Source: Promethearchaeota archaeon (GTDB taxonomy: Archaea > Asgardarchaeota > Lokiarchaeia > Sigyniarchaeales > SOKP01). From it: a stretch of DNA of 64,000 nt. The notes under the pieces were generated by a model that did no database searches, was not told where the DNA came from, and saw only the letters and a program-made list of their open reading frames with translations. The position numbers and the translations under genes are program-made. Positions 42,619 to 51,663 of this stretch are shown here, piece by piece (position 1 is the first letter of the stretch; each line of letters starts with the position of its first letter). The stretch spans positions 96,001 to 160,000 of the forward strand of contig JAHPZE010000004.1 of NCBI GenBank assembly GCA_019058365.1, given 5' to 3'.

Positions 42619-43872
42619 TTATTTCCATTCCAGAGATTTTATAACAGAATCCATAATATGTACATAACGGCAGTAATCTTGAAATGTACCCTGGAAACCA
42701 AATGTAAACAGAAATTCTATTGGTTTCTTCAATGTTGGATGGATAAGAGTGATGCTATACTTTCTGGTCCAGTAACCCATCCAATATGTCAAGGCTAGTT
42801 GGCTAGCACCACCGTGAAAAATCAGGTGAGCACCCATAACTTCGGCATCCAATCGCGAAATATGCTTCTTTGAATAGTCCAACAGGGCATCATATAATTT
42901 TCTATCATCTGTGGAAACAATATCCATCGATTTGAACTTGGCCAGCTCGGATTCATCGATGCTGAAGTGTATATTCATATAAAACTTCTGTTTGGCCTTT
43001 TTAAATTTAATTTCGAGACCATTTCCGATTTCTCCCAGATAAGAGGTTCCTTTTTGTGTAATCTTCCATCCTGATGCATAGAGGGTAAAAGGGGCTCCTT
43101 TACAGACTCCTTCGAATTTAAATTCAGGTTTTGAGGGTATTATTTCGATTTTAGAAACCGCTGGTGCCACAGTCTTTTTTAAAAAGTTGATTATCTCATT
43201 TACATCGAACGTCTCTACCGATTTACATCCTGCAAGGGCAGGAAACTTTTGGTGAACTTCTGGTTCTGCAGGAATTTTGATTTCAACGATTTTGTCTTGT
43301 CCGTAATTTTGAAGCAACTTCTCAGCTTCATCAGAGCAATAAGGAGATTCTGCGTAAATTTTATTGGTGAATAATATAGCTCGTTCGGAATTAGCTAGTC
43401 CCTCGTCGATAACAGTCTGAAATTGACCGCGATCTTTCAATAAAATCCTATATTCAGCAAACCAGACGTTATAACCACTTGATATTAATTGATCAACGAT
43501 CTACCTAGCGATGTAAACATTCTGGCTTTTGTAACTGATAAAAAAATCGTATTTTTTGCCAGAAACCCCTGAAACTATTTTTTGTGAATTTTTATTAATA
43601 GAGTAATTGAGTTCCAGATTAAGGAGATATTGAACCAAATTCTTTTTCTTCATTCCGCCAGCAACTAGCAAAGGGGTATATCCATTTTTGTCCTTTGCGA
43701 AAATATCCGCACCTGAACCGACCAAAAATTTAGCTATTTCAATATTTCCATAGTATGCAGCTGCATGCAAAAGCGTGGATCCGAAATGGTTTCTTCTATG
43801 AATTATTTCCGGATTTTTGGCAACCATTTCCCTAATGAGTGAATATTGACCATCCCTAACAATGTCCCACAT
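42619..43872 (-). pseudogene. ankyrin-repeat/TIR fusion gene interrupted by one in-frame TAG (43501-43503)
   Basis: TLLHAAA/TPLLVA ankyrins; YDFFISYKS..AR*IVDQLISSGYNVWFAE..SPYCSDE TIR domain continues in frame. Confidence 0.85.
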
Positions 43873-44051
43873 AGTATCTATTAATCACCGGTTGATTCAT
43901 ACAATCATGAAATCTGAAACTATGATTATATTGAACATTTCTAAAAATCTAATACATAATAATGACAAAAATGTCTTTATACAAGATGTTCAAATATTTA
44001 AATCTAAATAAATATGATGTATCAATCACTCAAGAAGAAAAATAATAATAT

Positions 44052-44134
44052 AAAGGTCGGTTCCCTGATATCTCCTTGAAGAAGGGTTGAACACTGATTG
44101 AGGTGAGTATTCATGGACGAGATCAGGGAACTGG
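44052..44134 (-). ncRNA. putative ~83-nt structured small RNA (intact copy 3)
   Basis: 10-bp closing stem GUUCCCUGAU/AUCAGGGAAC, internal hairpins, upstream TATA-like box, downstream T-rich tract. Confidence 0.6.
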
Positions 44135-44137
44135 AAA

Positions 44138-44175
44138 ATTAATTAAGCGTTAATTAATATAAATAATTTATCAAA
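44138..44175 (-). promoter_or_regulatory. TATA-like promoter with overlapping palindrome ATTAATTAA-GCG-TTAATTAAT
   Basis: TTTATA ~23 nt upstream of the element on the minus strand; perfect 9-bp inverted repeat. Confidence 0.5.
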
Positions 44176-44188
44176 ATAGAAGAAAAAT

Positions 44189-44467
44189 CTATGCGTTCGC
44201 TAAATACTCATTTAGCACAATGTTTAAATCTACTTCTGAGTTCTGGACCTTCTTTAAGAGATGTCTGAGCCCATAATCATTCAATAATAACTCAATCAGA
44301 TTCTTATAAATTGCTGTAATATTATCTTTACCAGCTTCATAATAGAAATCATTCTTACTAAGAGTAAGATCCAAAATCTCATATAAGCCTTTTATGGCAT
44401 CCTTTATATTTTCGAAGTTTTTCTCGGCTTTTTCTTTCGATCTAATTTCATATTTTGAACTATTCAT
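44189..44467 (-). CDS. small helical hypothetical protein with strong RBS
   Basis: 92-aa ORF, GAGGTGA upstream of ATG; its 3' end is duplicated at 42479-42498. Confidence 0.8.
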   Translation of the reverse strand: MNSSKYEIRSKEKAEKNFENIKDAIKGLYEILDLTLSKNDFYYEAGKDNITAIYKNLIELLLNDYGLRHLLKKVQNSEVDLNIVLNEYLANA

Positions 44468-44751
44468 TCTAACTTACTCACCTCAATTAATATATGTAAA
44501 TGATCATATAAAAATGTGACGCTTTCCGATAATCTGTCCGACTCAAACCGAACACCTCCATCATGAAGATAGTCACTCTTCGGTGCAAATAATTAAATTA
44601 ATTGTTTTAAAGTAGTTACTTATGGATCAATCATTTATTGGTATGCCAAAATACATAAAAATAGATAACGAATATCGATTAAAAGTCGCAAAATCATTCA
44701 ATTAATATTGATTTTTGATCAGAAATACAAAAATAAAAATAAAAAATGTTA

Positions 44752-46248
44752 TTAATGATGAATAGGGTGTCCTTTTTTATGGATGGATTTGCCGACTACT
44801 GCTTCACAACCTTCAAGTACCATTTCAGAAATTGTAGGGTGGCTATGTATGGTTTCTGTAACATCATGAATAGTTAAGCCATGTTGCATTGCTAAAGTAA
44901 TTTCGGCAATTAATTCTGGGGCTTCTGTTCCAATACAGGAGGCACCAAGAATTTTATGAGTTTCTTTATCAGCTAGTATCATAATAAATCCTTCTTCTTC
45001 GCCCATACATTTAGCTTTACCAAGGGATTGGTATGGAAATTGTCCCATTAATACATCGTAACCTAAATTTTTTGCCACATTTCTTCGATATCCCACAGAA
45101 CCTATATTTGGAGAAGTAAATATTGTTGCTGGTACCACTGTATAATTCGTTTTCATTTCATGTACAGGAAATCCACCAATGCTTGCCAAAGCATTCGCTA
45201 CAGCAATATCACCTTCATAACTTGCTACATGGGCAAGCATAATTCCACCGGTTACGTCCCCTATAGCATAGATTCCTCTTACTGCTGTCTCTAATGTATC
45301 AGGATTAGCTTTAATAGCACCTCGATCAGTTTCAATGCCAAGTTGTTCAAGTCCGATATTTTTGGATTCTTTTGCCCGGCCTATAGAAACCAAACAAAGG
45401 TCAGCTTCAAATATATTTTTTTCCGCACTGCTAATTTGGTCTCTAGGGATATCAGCAGAGCAAGTTGTGGCTCTCACACCAGTACTAATATTTTCTACTG
45501 ATAATACATTTTGCGAAGTATGAATCTCTATTCCATTTTCTTCAAATTTTTTCTGAAGTACTTTAACAATCATCGGTTCTTCTGTGGCAATTGGTGAGGA
45601 TAAATATTCTAACATAATAACTTTACTCCCATAAGTTGCGAAGATATTTGCAAATTCACATCCAATTACTCCAGCTCCTATAATCAGTAATTTTTCTGGA
45701 AGAGACTTAAAGTTTGGATCTAAAATATCATCGCTTGTCAGAATTCTTTCATGGTCGATATTAAATGTAGGAATCAAAGCTGGAGATGATCCTGTAGCAA
45801 TAATTACTCTTTTTGCTTTTATTGTAGTATTATCTTTACCTTCAATTGAAATTTCAAAACCTGTATCCATATTTCCTCCAAGAATTGTCCCGAATCCATA
45901 ATAAACATCATTTTTCCATCCTTTTTCTAATGCTTCAATTCCTTCCACTAATTCCTGAACAACCTTGTTTTTTCTTTCTACTGCCTTTGCAAAAGATAAT
46001 TTATAATCTGAGATTTCTATCCCAAATTCATTTGCTTCGTTAATTTTTTCGATTAAATGAGCAGAGGCATATAAGGCTTTTGTAGGAATACATCCCCAAT
46101 TAAGACATGTTCCTCCTAGCTTTTCTTTTTCAATTAGAGCTACTTTTGCTCCATATTGAGCTGCTCTAATAGCTGCATGATAACCCCCAGGTCCTGCTCC
46201 GATAACAGCTAAATCATATAAAATATCACTCATATTTTCATCAATCAT
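44752..46248 (-). CDS. lpdA: dihydrolipoamide dehydrogenase
   Basis: GAGPGG, GGTCLNWGCIPTK, HSHPTISE. Confidence 0.95.
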   Translation of the reverse strand: MIDENMSDILYDLAVIGAGPGGYHAAIRAAQYGAKVALIEKEKLGGTCLNWGCIPTKALYASAHLIEKINEANEFGIEISDYKLSFAKAVERKNKVVQELVEGIEALEKGWKNDVYYGFGTILGGNMDTGFEISIEGKDNTTIKAKRVIIATGSSPALIPTFNIDHERILTSDDILDPNFKSLPEKLLIIGAGVIGCEFANIFATYGSKVIMLEYLSSPIATEEPMIVKVLQKKFEENGIEIHTSQNVLSVENISTGVRATTCSADIPRDQISSAEKNIFEADLCLVSIGRAKESKNIGLEQLGIETDRGAIKANPDTLETAVRGIYAIGDVTGGIMLAHVASYEGDIAVANALASIGGFPVHEMKTNYTVVPATIFTSPNIGSVGYRRNVAKNLGYDVLMGQFPYQSLGKAKCMGEEEGFIMILADKETHKILGASCIGTEAPELIAEITLAMQHGLTIHDVTETIHSHPTISEMVLEGCEAVVGKSIHKKGHPIHH

Positions 46249-46792
46249 AAATATAATATTTTGTTCAAATTAAGTTCAGAAATAAAAATTAACAATAATT
46301 TAAGTTTAAAATCTTCTATGAAAATAAAATTAATCAAAATATTAAATTCTTTTTAAAAATAAATAATGAATTTTTGTAAATTAATCACCGTTATTCTAGA
46401 AAAACGTATAATGAATGATCATATTTGATGTATAGTACAAAAAGCCATTTAATTATTTTTTAATAATCTGGAAAAAATAGAATTTAATCTATTATATAAA
46501 AATCAAACCTAGACTCATCGTTTTTTAATAAAGGGATAATTAATTAATTTCTGTAAATATTTGGTAAAATCTGTAAAAAATTTGTAAGGAATATAAAAAT
46601 TTAAAAGTATAATCAATAAGAATTATGATACTTTGGATCAAAACTAAATATTTTTAAAGAAAAAAACAGATAATTAAAAAAAAGAAAAGTTTTTTGCTTT
46701 TAAATAAGGTGTTAATATAAATACAATTTATTTTAATTAATAAACAATAAATTTGAATAAAATACTAACAGGTATAATAATTATACCCTATT

Positions 46793-47374
46793 TTGAAAAA
46801 AATTCAATTTATTACCCCAACCATGTATAAAAAAGAAGAAAATAACAGATCAAAAATTGCTTTTAAACTGTGCATTTTTGGAGCAGGAGGCGTAGGGAAA
46901 ACAACCTTAATAAGAAGATTCCTTACAAAAATATTTGAGAAGGATATAAAAATGACCATAGGTGCAGATTTCAGTATCAAAAACGTAGAAGTAGAAGGAA
47001 AGCAAGTGACATTTCGTATATGGGATTTTGCAGGTGAAGAACGCTTTAGAGTACTTTTACCAAGCTTTGCTAAAGGAGCAGATGGAGGTATCTTTATGTT
47101 TGATATCACTAGATATTCAACTATAAAAGAAATTAATGATTGGCTCTCAATTTTTGAATATTTTGTATCCGAAACAAAAATGAAAATACCCATTATAATG
47201 GTTGGGGGAAAATCAGATCTTGAGGGTAAAAGATCAGTTGAATCTGAAGATGCATTGGAATTATCAAGAAAATTAAATCTACAAGGGTATTTTGAGTGTT
47301 CGGCTAAAACAGGCTATAATGTTGAGGAAATTTTCAATTATATAGCAAAAATAATGTTAACAAATACTGATTAA
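46793..47374 (+). CDS. Rab-like small GTPase
   Basis: GAGGVGKTT, TIGADF, WDFAG, CSAKTG (start may be ATG at 46823). Confidence 0.92.
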   Translation: MKKIQFITPTMYKKEENNRSKIAFKLCIFGAGGVGKTTLIRRFLTKIFEKDIKMTIGADFSIKNVEVEGKQVTFRIWDFAGEERFRVLLPSFAKGADGGIFMFDITRYSTIKEINDWLSIFEYFVSETKMKIPIIMVGGKSDLEGKRSVESEDALELSRKLNLQGYFECSAKTGYNVEEIFNYIAKIMLTNTD

Positions 47375-47387
47375 AATTAAAACTCGC

Positions 47388-47918
47388 TTATGTTCTTTTA
47401 ATAACTTTTACTAATCCTTTTTTTCTAAGTTGGTCCATCATTTTTTCAATTTCTTTTACACTCATTTCGGCAATACTAGCTACTTGTTCAAGAGTATTCA
47501 TCCCATCGCATATCTTTAAAACTTTAAATTGATCTTTATTAAGCATCCCAAATTGTACGGCCATCGGAGGGATATCTTTTACCACTATCGGAATTCTTAC
47601 CTCTCCTCCTTCTTCAATGACTTTAGCACCAATTTCTTCGGTAGTTGGTGATTCCCCAAAAAAAGCTTTTACTCCAGTAATGTCATAATTATCATTTATA
47701 TAAATATAGATTGTATGCTCTTGTCCGGATAAATCATCTGGATCTTCGACATCCGGATGAGGATTAGAATGTTTATACTCCTTAGTATAGATACTCATCT
47801 TTAACCCGTTTATAATCTCTTGTTTGTCGATATTGAGGGCTACCATATCGTCACATATATCACACCAAGCCCACGCTTCTATTAATGAGAAGTATTTCCT
47901 TACTTTATTTTCTGGCAT
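47388..47918 (-). CDS. hypothetical protein with CxxC/His N-domain and C-terminal wHTH
   Basis: WCDIC..H..H; CDGMNTLEQVASIAEMSVKEIEKMMDQLRKKGLV. Confidence 0.7.
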   Translation of the reverse strand: MPENKVRKYFSLIEAWAWCDICDDMVALNIDKQEIINGLKMSIYTKEYKHSNPHPDVEDPDDLSGQEHTIYIYINDNYDITGVKAFFGESPTTEEIGAKVIEEGGEVRIPIVVKDIPPMAVQFGMLNKDQFKVLKICDGMNTLEQVASIAEMSVKEIEKMMDQLRKKGLVKVIKRT

Positions 47919-48165
47919 CGTAGTTCTGATTAAAGTTGATTTAATAATTTATTAAATTATATTATATGCAAATTAAGATGTTTTTTAATTTAAAATTTAA
48001 TTTCCTTGTTTTTTCTATAATGAATAAATCAATTTAAATCAACCAGTTAACCATTCAAAACTTCTTAATTTATTTCTATTTAGTTTAAATCAGAAAACCA
48101 AAAATAATTAAAGTTATTATATATTTTAAAATCTAAGTTCTATTAAAGAAATAATTAAATCACTT

Positions 48166-48342
48166 ATGAGCACTTACAAGAAGAATATTTGCTTTGGGTG
48201 TGGGCGCCCAATAGCCCCCTACGAAGCAGCAGTTCACTTTCCTTGCCCTTCGTGCGGAGATGTAACAATCTGGCGATGTGAGCGGTGTAGAGAGATGGGG
48301 AAGGAATATCGTTGTTTGAAATGTGACTTTTTAGGACCTTAA
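48166..48342 (+). CDS. DUF1610/HVO_2753-type zinc-finger protein (58 aa, missed by ORF track)
   Basis: CFGC..FPCPSCG..IWRCERCR..YRCLKCDFLGP; conserved archaeal position upstream of aEF-1beta. Confidence 0.9.
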   Translation: MSTYKKNICFGCGRPIAPYEAAVHFPCPSCGDVTIWRCERCREMGKEYRCLKCDFLGP

Positions 48343-48368
48343 GATAATTAATAAATGGTTAATTTAAA

Positions 48369-48635
48369 ATGGGAGAATTTGTTGCATTAATTGATGTTAT
48401 TCCAGAAGATATCGATGTAAACTTCGAGGAATTTGTTAATAAGTTAAAAAAAGTTTTACCTGATACATCTATTATAGAAACTTATGAGATAATGCCTGTA
48501 GCATTTGGTTTGAAAAAAGCGAGAGTACGAGTAAGATACCCCGAAGAATGGGGTGGAACAGATAAACTTGAAGATTTATTTAGACAAGTTGATGGGATAC
48601 AAGGTATTGAAGGTATCGCTTTTTCAAAAGCATAG
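48369..48635 (+). CDS. ef1b: translation elongation factor aEF-1beta
   Basis: DVIPED, PVAFGLK, GGTDKLE. Confidence 0.92.
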   Translation: MGEFVALIDVIPEDIDVNFEEFVNKLKKVLPDTSIIETYEIMPVAFGLKKARVRVRYPEEWGGTDKLEDLFRQVDGIQGIEGIAFSKA

Positions 48636-48657
48636 GAATGATAATTTCTAATTTCTG

Positions 48658-50523
48658 TTATACTATCCTTTTAAATAATTTATCTAATTCTTTATAAGAG
48701 AAAAATCTTAAAGTAGGTCTTCCATGGGCACAATGATAAGAATCTTTACATTTCGCTAATTCAATCAACAGATTTCTTATATCCTTTAGGGAGAGATCAT
48801 CGCCTCCTCTAATACTTTTATGACAAGATAAATAATTAATTATATCTTCTTTAACTTCTGTAAAGCTTTTTTCTTTTCCAATTTCTGTTATATCGCTAAT
48901 TATATCTTTTATAATATGAATATCTGGAATTTTTCCCATAATAATTGGTATTTCTCTTAAAATGAACGTGTTTCCGCCAAAATGATCAAAATTAAATCCT
49001 AACTTTCTAATTTCAGGTAGATTAGCTTCTAAGAATATCTTCTCACTTGGAGATACATCAATTTTTAGAGCTGATATTAATCTCTGTTTACTCATTTTTG
49101 AAGTTTCGTACGCTTCTGAGAATTTTTCTTTATTTATCCTTTCTGAAGCTGCATGCTGATCTAAAATAAATAATCCCTCTTCATTATTTTCGTTGATTCC
49201 TTCTAAAACAACATATATTTTATTATTTAGCTGACCTGTTTGAGAAATTAAGCGTATTTTGGGAAAGTTCTTTGAAATTATATATTTTTCTCGTAGAAAT
49301 GTCTCAGGTGACATTTTTTTTTGAACTTCATCATCAACCATCTGATCACTTAAAATTAATTGGACACTTGCTTCAGGTATTTTATATTCTTCTGAAGATA
49401 TTTCTTCATTTTTACGTATTTTCTTTTGCGATTCACTTAATTCCTTTGAAATTTGAGTTAATTTTTTCTCTTCTTTGGGTATAAAATCTTCTAAATCCGT
49501 GGATAAATATTTTGCCTCCTTGGTTATAAACTTATCTTCTACAATACTTTGAATAACGTTATATACTTTATTATATATAGATTCCTCTTTTTCAAATCTT
49601 ACATGAAGCTTCTTTGGGTGAACATTGAAGTCAATTACAGAAGGATCAAGCTCAAGAAATATAACAAAGAAAGGATATTTGCTTACCATTAGTGTTCCTT
49701 CATATGCTTCATTAATAGCTCTAAAAAGTACGTCACTAATAATATAGCGGTTGTTAATAAATAAGCTGGAATACGATCTGTTTTTTTTAGCAATTTGCGG
49801 ATGTCCTAATAGACCATAAACCCGTAATTTTATATCATTCTCCGTGTAATCAAATGGTTCCATGAAATTTGCGATTTTTTTTCCATAGATATGAAATACA
49901 GTTGTTTTTAAATCATTTAAAGCAGGACAGTTGAGGATGTCTAAATCATTATGGCGATATATGAAATGAAGTTTTGGGTATGCTAAAGAATATCTCTGGA
50001 CAATATCTGTAATATGACTCAATTCTGTTGCATCTGTTTTAAGAAACTTTTGTCTTGCTGGTAGATTATAAAATAGATTTTTCACTTGAATATTTGTTCC
50101 ACTAGGACAAGAGACTTTTTTATGATCTATGATTTTACTTCCTTCAATATGTAACTCTACACCTTTCTCTTCATACTCAACTCTAGAAATTATATCAACT
50201 TTGCTTACAGCTGCGATGCTGGCAAGTGCTTCTCCTCTAAAACCTAACGTAGAAAGGGTTTGTAAATCATTTATACATCTAATTTTACTACTTGTATGTC
50301 TCTCAAAGGCCATAATAATATCTTCTGATGGGATACCAATACCATTATCTATAACCTGGATTAACGATTTTCCAGCTCTCTTCACAATAATTTTTATTTC
50401 TGATGCTTGTGCGTCGATACTATTTTCAATAAGCTCTTTTACGATATTAACAGGTCTATCAACAACTTCTCCTGCTGCAATTTTATCTGCGTCAATAATT
50501 TTTTCAATTTTACTTACTTTCAC
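48658..50523 (-). CDS. mutL: DNA mismatch repair endonuclease MutL
   Basis: IAAGEVV, GFRGEALASI, DQHAASERINKE, CAHGRP. Confidence 0.96.
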   Translation of the reverse strand: MKVSKIEKIIDADKIAAGEVVDRPVNIVKELIENSIDAQASEIKIIVKRAGKSLIQVIDNGIGIPSEDIIMAFERHTSSKIRCINDLQTLSTLGFRGEALASIAAVSKVDIISRVEYEEKGVELHIEGSKIIDHKKVSCPSGTNIQVKNLFYNLPARQKFLKTDATELSHITDIVQRYSLAYPKLHFIYRHNDLDILNCPALNDLKTTVFHIYGKKIANFMEPFDYTENDIKLRVYGLLGHPQIAKKNRSYSSLFINNRYIISDVLFRAINEAYEGTLMVSKYPFFVIFLELDPSVIDFNVHPKKLHVRFEKEESIYNKVYNVIQSIVEDKFITKEAKYLSTDLEDFIPKEEKKLTQISKELSESQKKIRKNEEISSEEYKIPEASVQLILSDQMVDDEVQKKMSPETFLREKYIISKNFPKIRLISQTGQLNNKIYVVLEGINENNEEGLFILDQHAASERINKEKFSEAYETSKMSKQRLISALKIDVSPSEKIFLEANLPEIRKLGFNFDHFGGNTFILREIPIIMGKIPDIHIIKDIISDITEIGKEKSFTEVKEDIINYLSCHKSIRGGDDLSLKDIRNLLIELAKCKDSYHCAHGRPTLRFFSYKELDKLFKRIV

Positions 50524-50724
50524 AATTTTCTGACAGTTTTCCTAATTTTTTTAAATGCTATGATAAGATTATTAAACTAATATATTTCTCATTACAATCA
50601 AATTTAAAATATAACACTATTAAAGTTTAAATAAAATTTAGATCTAAGAGTGGTTTTAATTTAACCTTTAAATTGAAGGTAAGTCTTTTAAATTTCTTTT
50701 AATACTTTAATATAATTCGATCTA

Positions 50725-51663
50725 GTGCAAATTATGAGTAGTCAAAATACAATGAACGAAGAGGAAAAATATCCACTTCATTTGTATTTTATAGGTTTTT
50801 TCATTGTTATCACTATTGCTCTTATTTTATTAAGAATATTATTATATTCCTTTGAAATTTCTAAATGGATTCAAAACACGAAGGATATTGATTTTAAAAT
50901 ACTTATAGCAGGTATGGATAATGGTTTGATTAATTTCTATGACCCTGTTGCAATTTCAGATTGGCCTCCTTATTATCTTTATTTTTGGTATTTCATATTT
51001 TATCCAATATATATAATACCTTATAATACAATGATAGGGATTTATATTTGGGATGTTTTTAGATTGTTTTTAACGATTATAGTCATAAAAGAGTCACCAA
51101 AAGTATTTAAGAGTAAAAAAGATTTGCTAATTTTTTATTTAATGTGCATTATCGGCTTCAGTATTGATGCTTATTATAATAATGTTAATTTTTTAATTTT
51201 ATTCTTATTATTTAATTCATATGTGTATTTCGAAAGAGATAAAAAATGGATTGCAGGGATTTTATTTACCCTTGCTACGTTTAAGATTACAGCACTATTA
51301 TTTCTTCCCGTTTTACTTATCGCTAGAAAAATAAAATGGAAGGATCTTCTCTACTACTTAGTCCCTTTTTTTATAATTTGTATTCCTTATATAATATTCC
51401 CTAATTATTTCTTACAAATGTTTCATAATTGGTTTCATAGTGATGAACAAATACAGGGGTTTTTGATCTTGGATTCAATTATGTGGAAAGCTTTACAACC
51501 CTCACATTTAATGTTCATCGGCTTATTATTGATTATATTTTTAGAGAATCTTAAGAATGAGGATCGAAAAAATTTATACAGGGTTATTCTTGTTTCAATA
51601 ATATCAATTTATTATATTTATCTAACAACGATAGTTTTTATTATTCCAATAGTTCTTGGTTAG
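50725..51663 (+). CDS. GT87/DUF2029-like multi-pass membrane glycosyltransferase
   Basis: DIDF, PPYYLYFW, ATFKI motifs; many TM helices. Confidence 0.65.
   Translation: MQIMSSQNTMNEEEKYPLHLYFIGFFIVITIALILLRILLYSFEISKWIQNTKDIDFKILIAGMDNGLINFYDPVAISDWPPYYLYFWYFIFYPIYIIPYNTMIGIYIWDVFRLFLTIIVIKESPKVFKSKKDLLIFYLMCIIGFSIDAYYNNVNFLILFLLFNSYVYFERDKKWIAGILFTLATFKITALLFLPVLLIARKIKWKDLLYYLVPFFIICIPYIIFPNYFLQMFHNWFHSDEQIQGFLILDSIMWKALQPSHLMFIGLLLIIFLENLKNEDRKNLYRVILVSIISIYYIYLTTIVFIIPIVLG

Noticed and set aside
33616-44134. The repeated element as a CRISPR repeat, tRNA/tRNA-Sec, SECIS or MITE
   Set aside because: Copies are kilobases apart with no spacers or cas genes; there is no cloverleaf or T-loop, no adjacent UGA-containing gene, and no target-site duplication seen
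44113-44143. Plus-strand RBS+ATG micro-ORF (MDEIRELEN) within the element
   Set aside because: The ATG is absent from the other two copies
9742-44208. Provirus or IS element explaining the islands
   Set aside because: No integrase, transposase, capsid, terminase or replication gene was recognised
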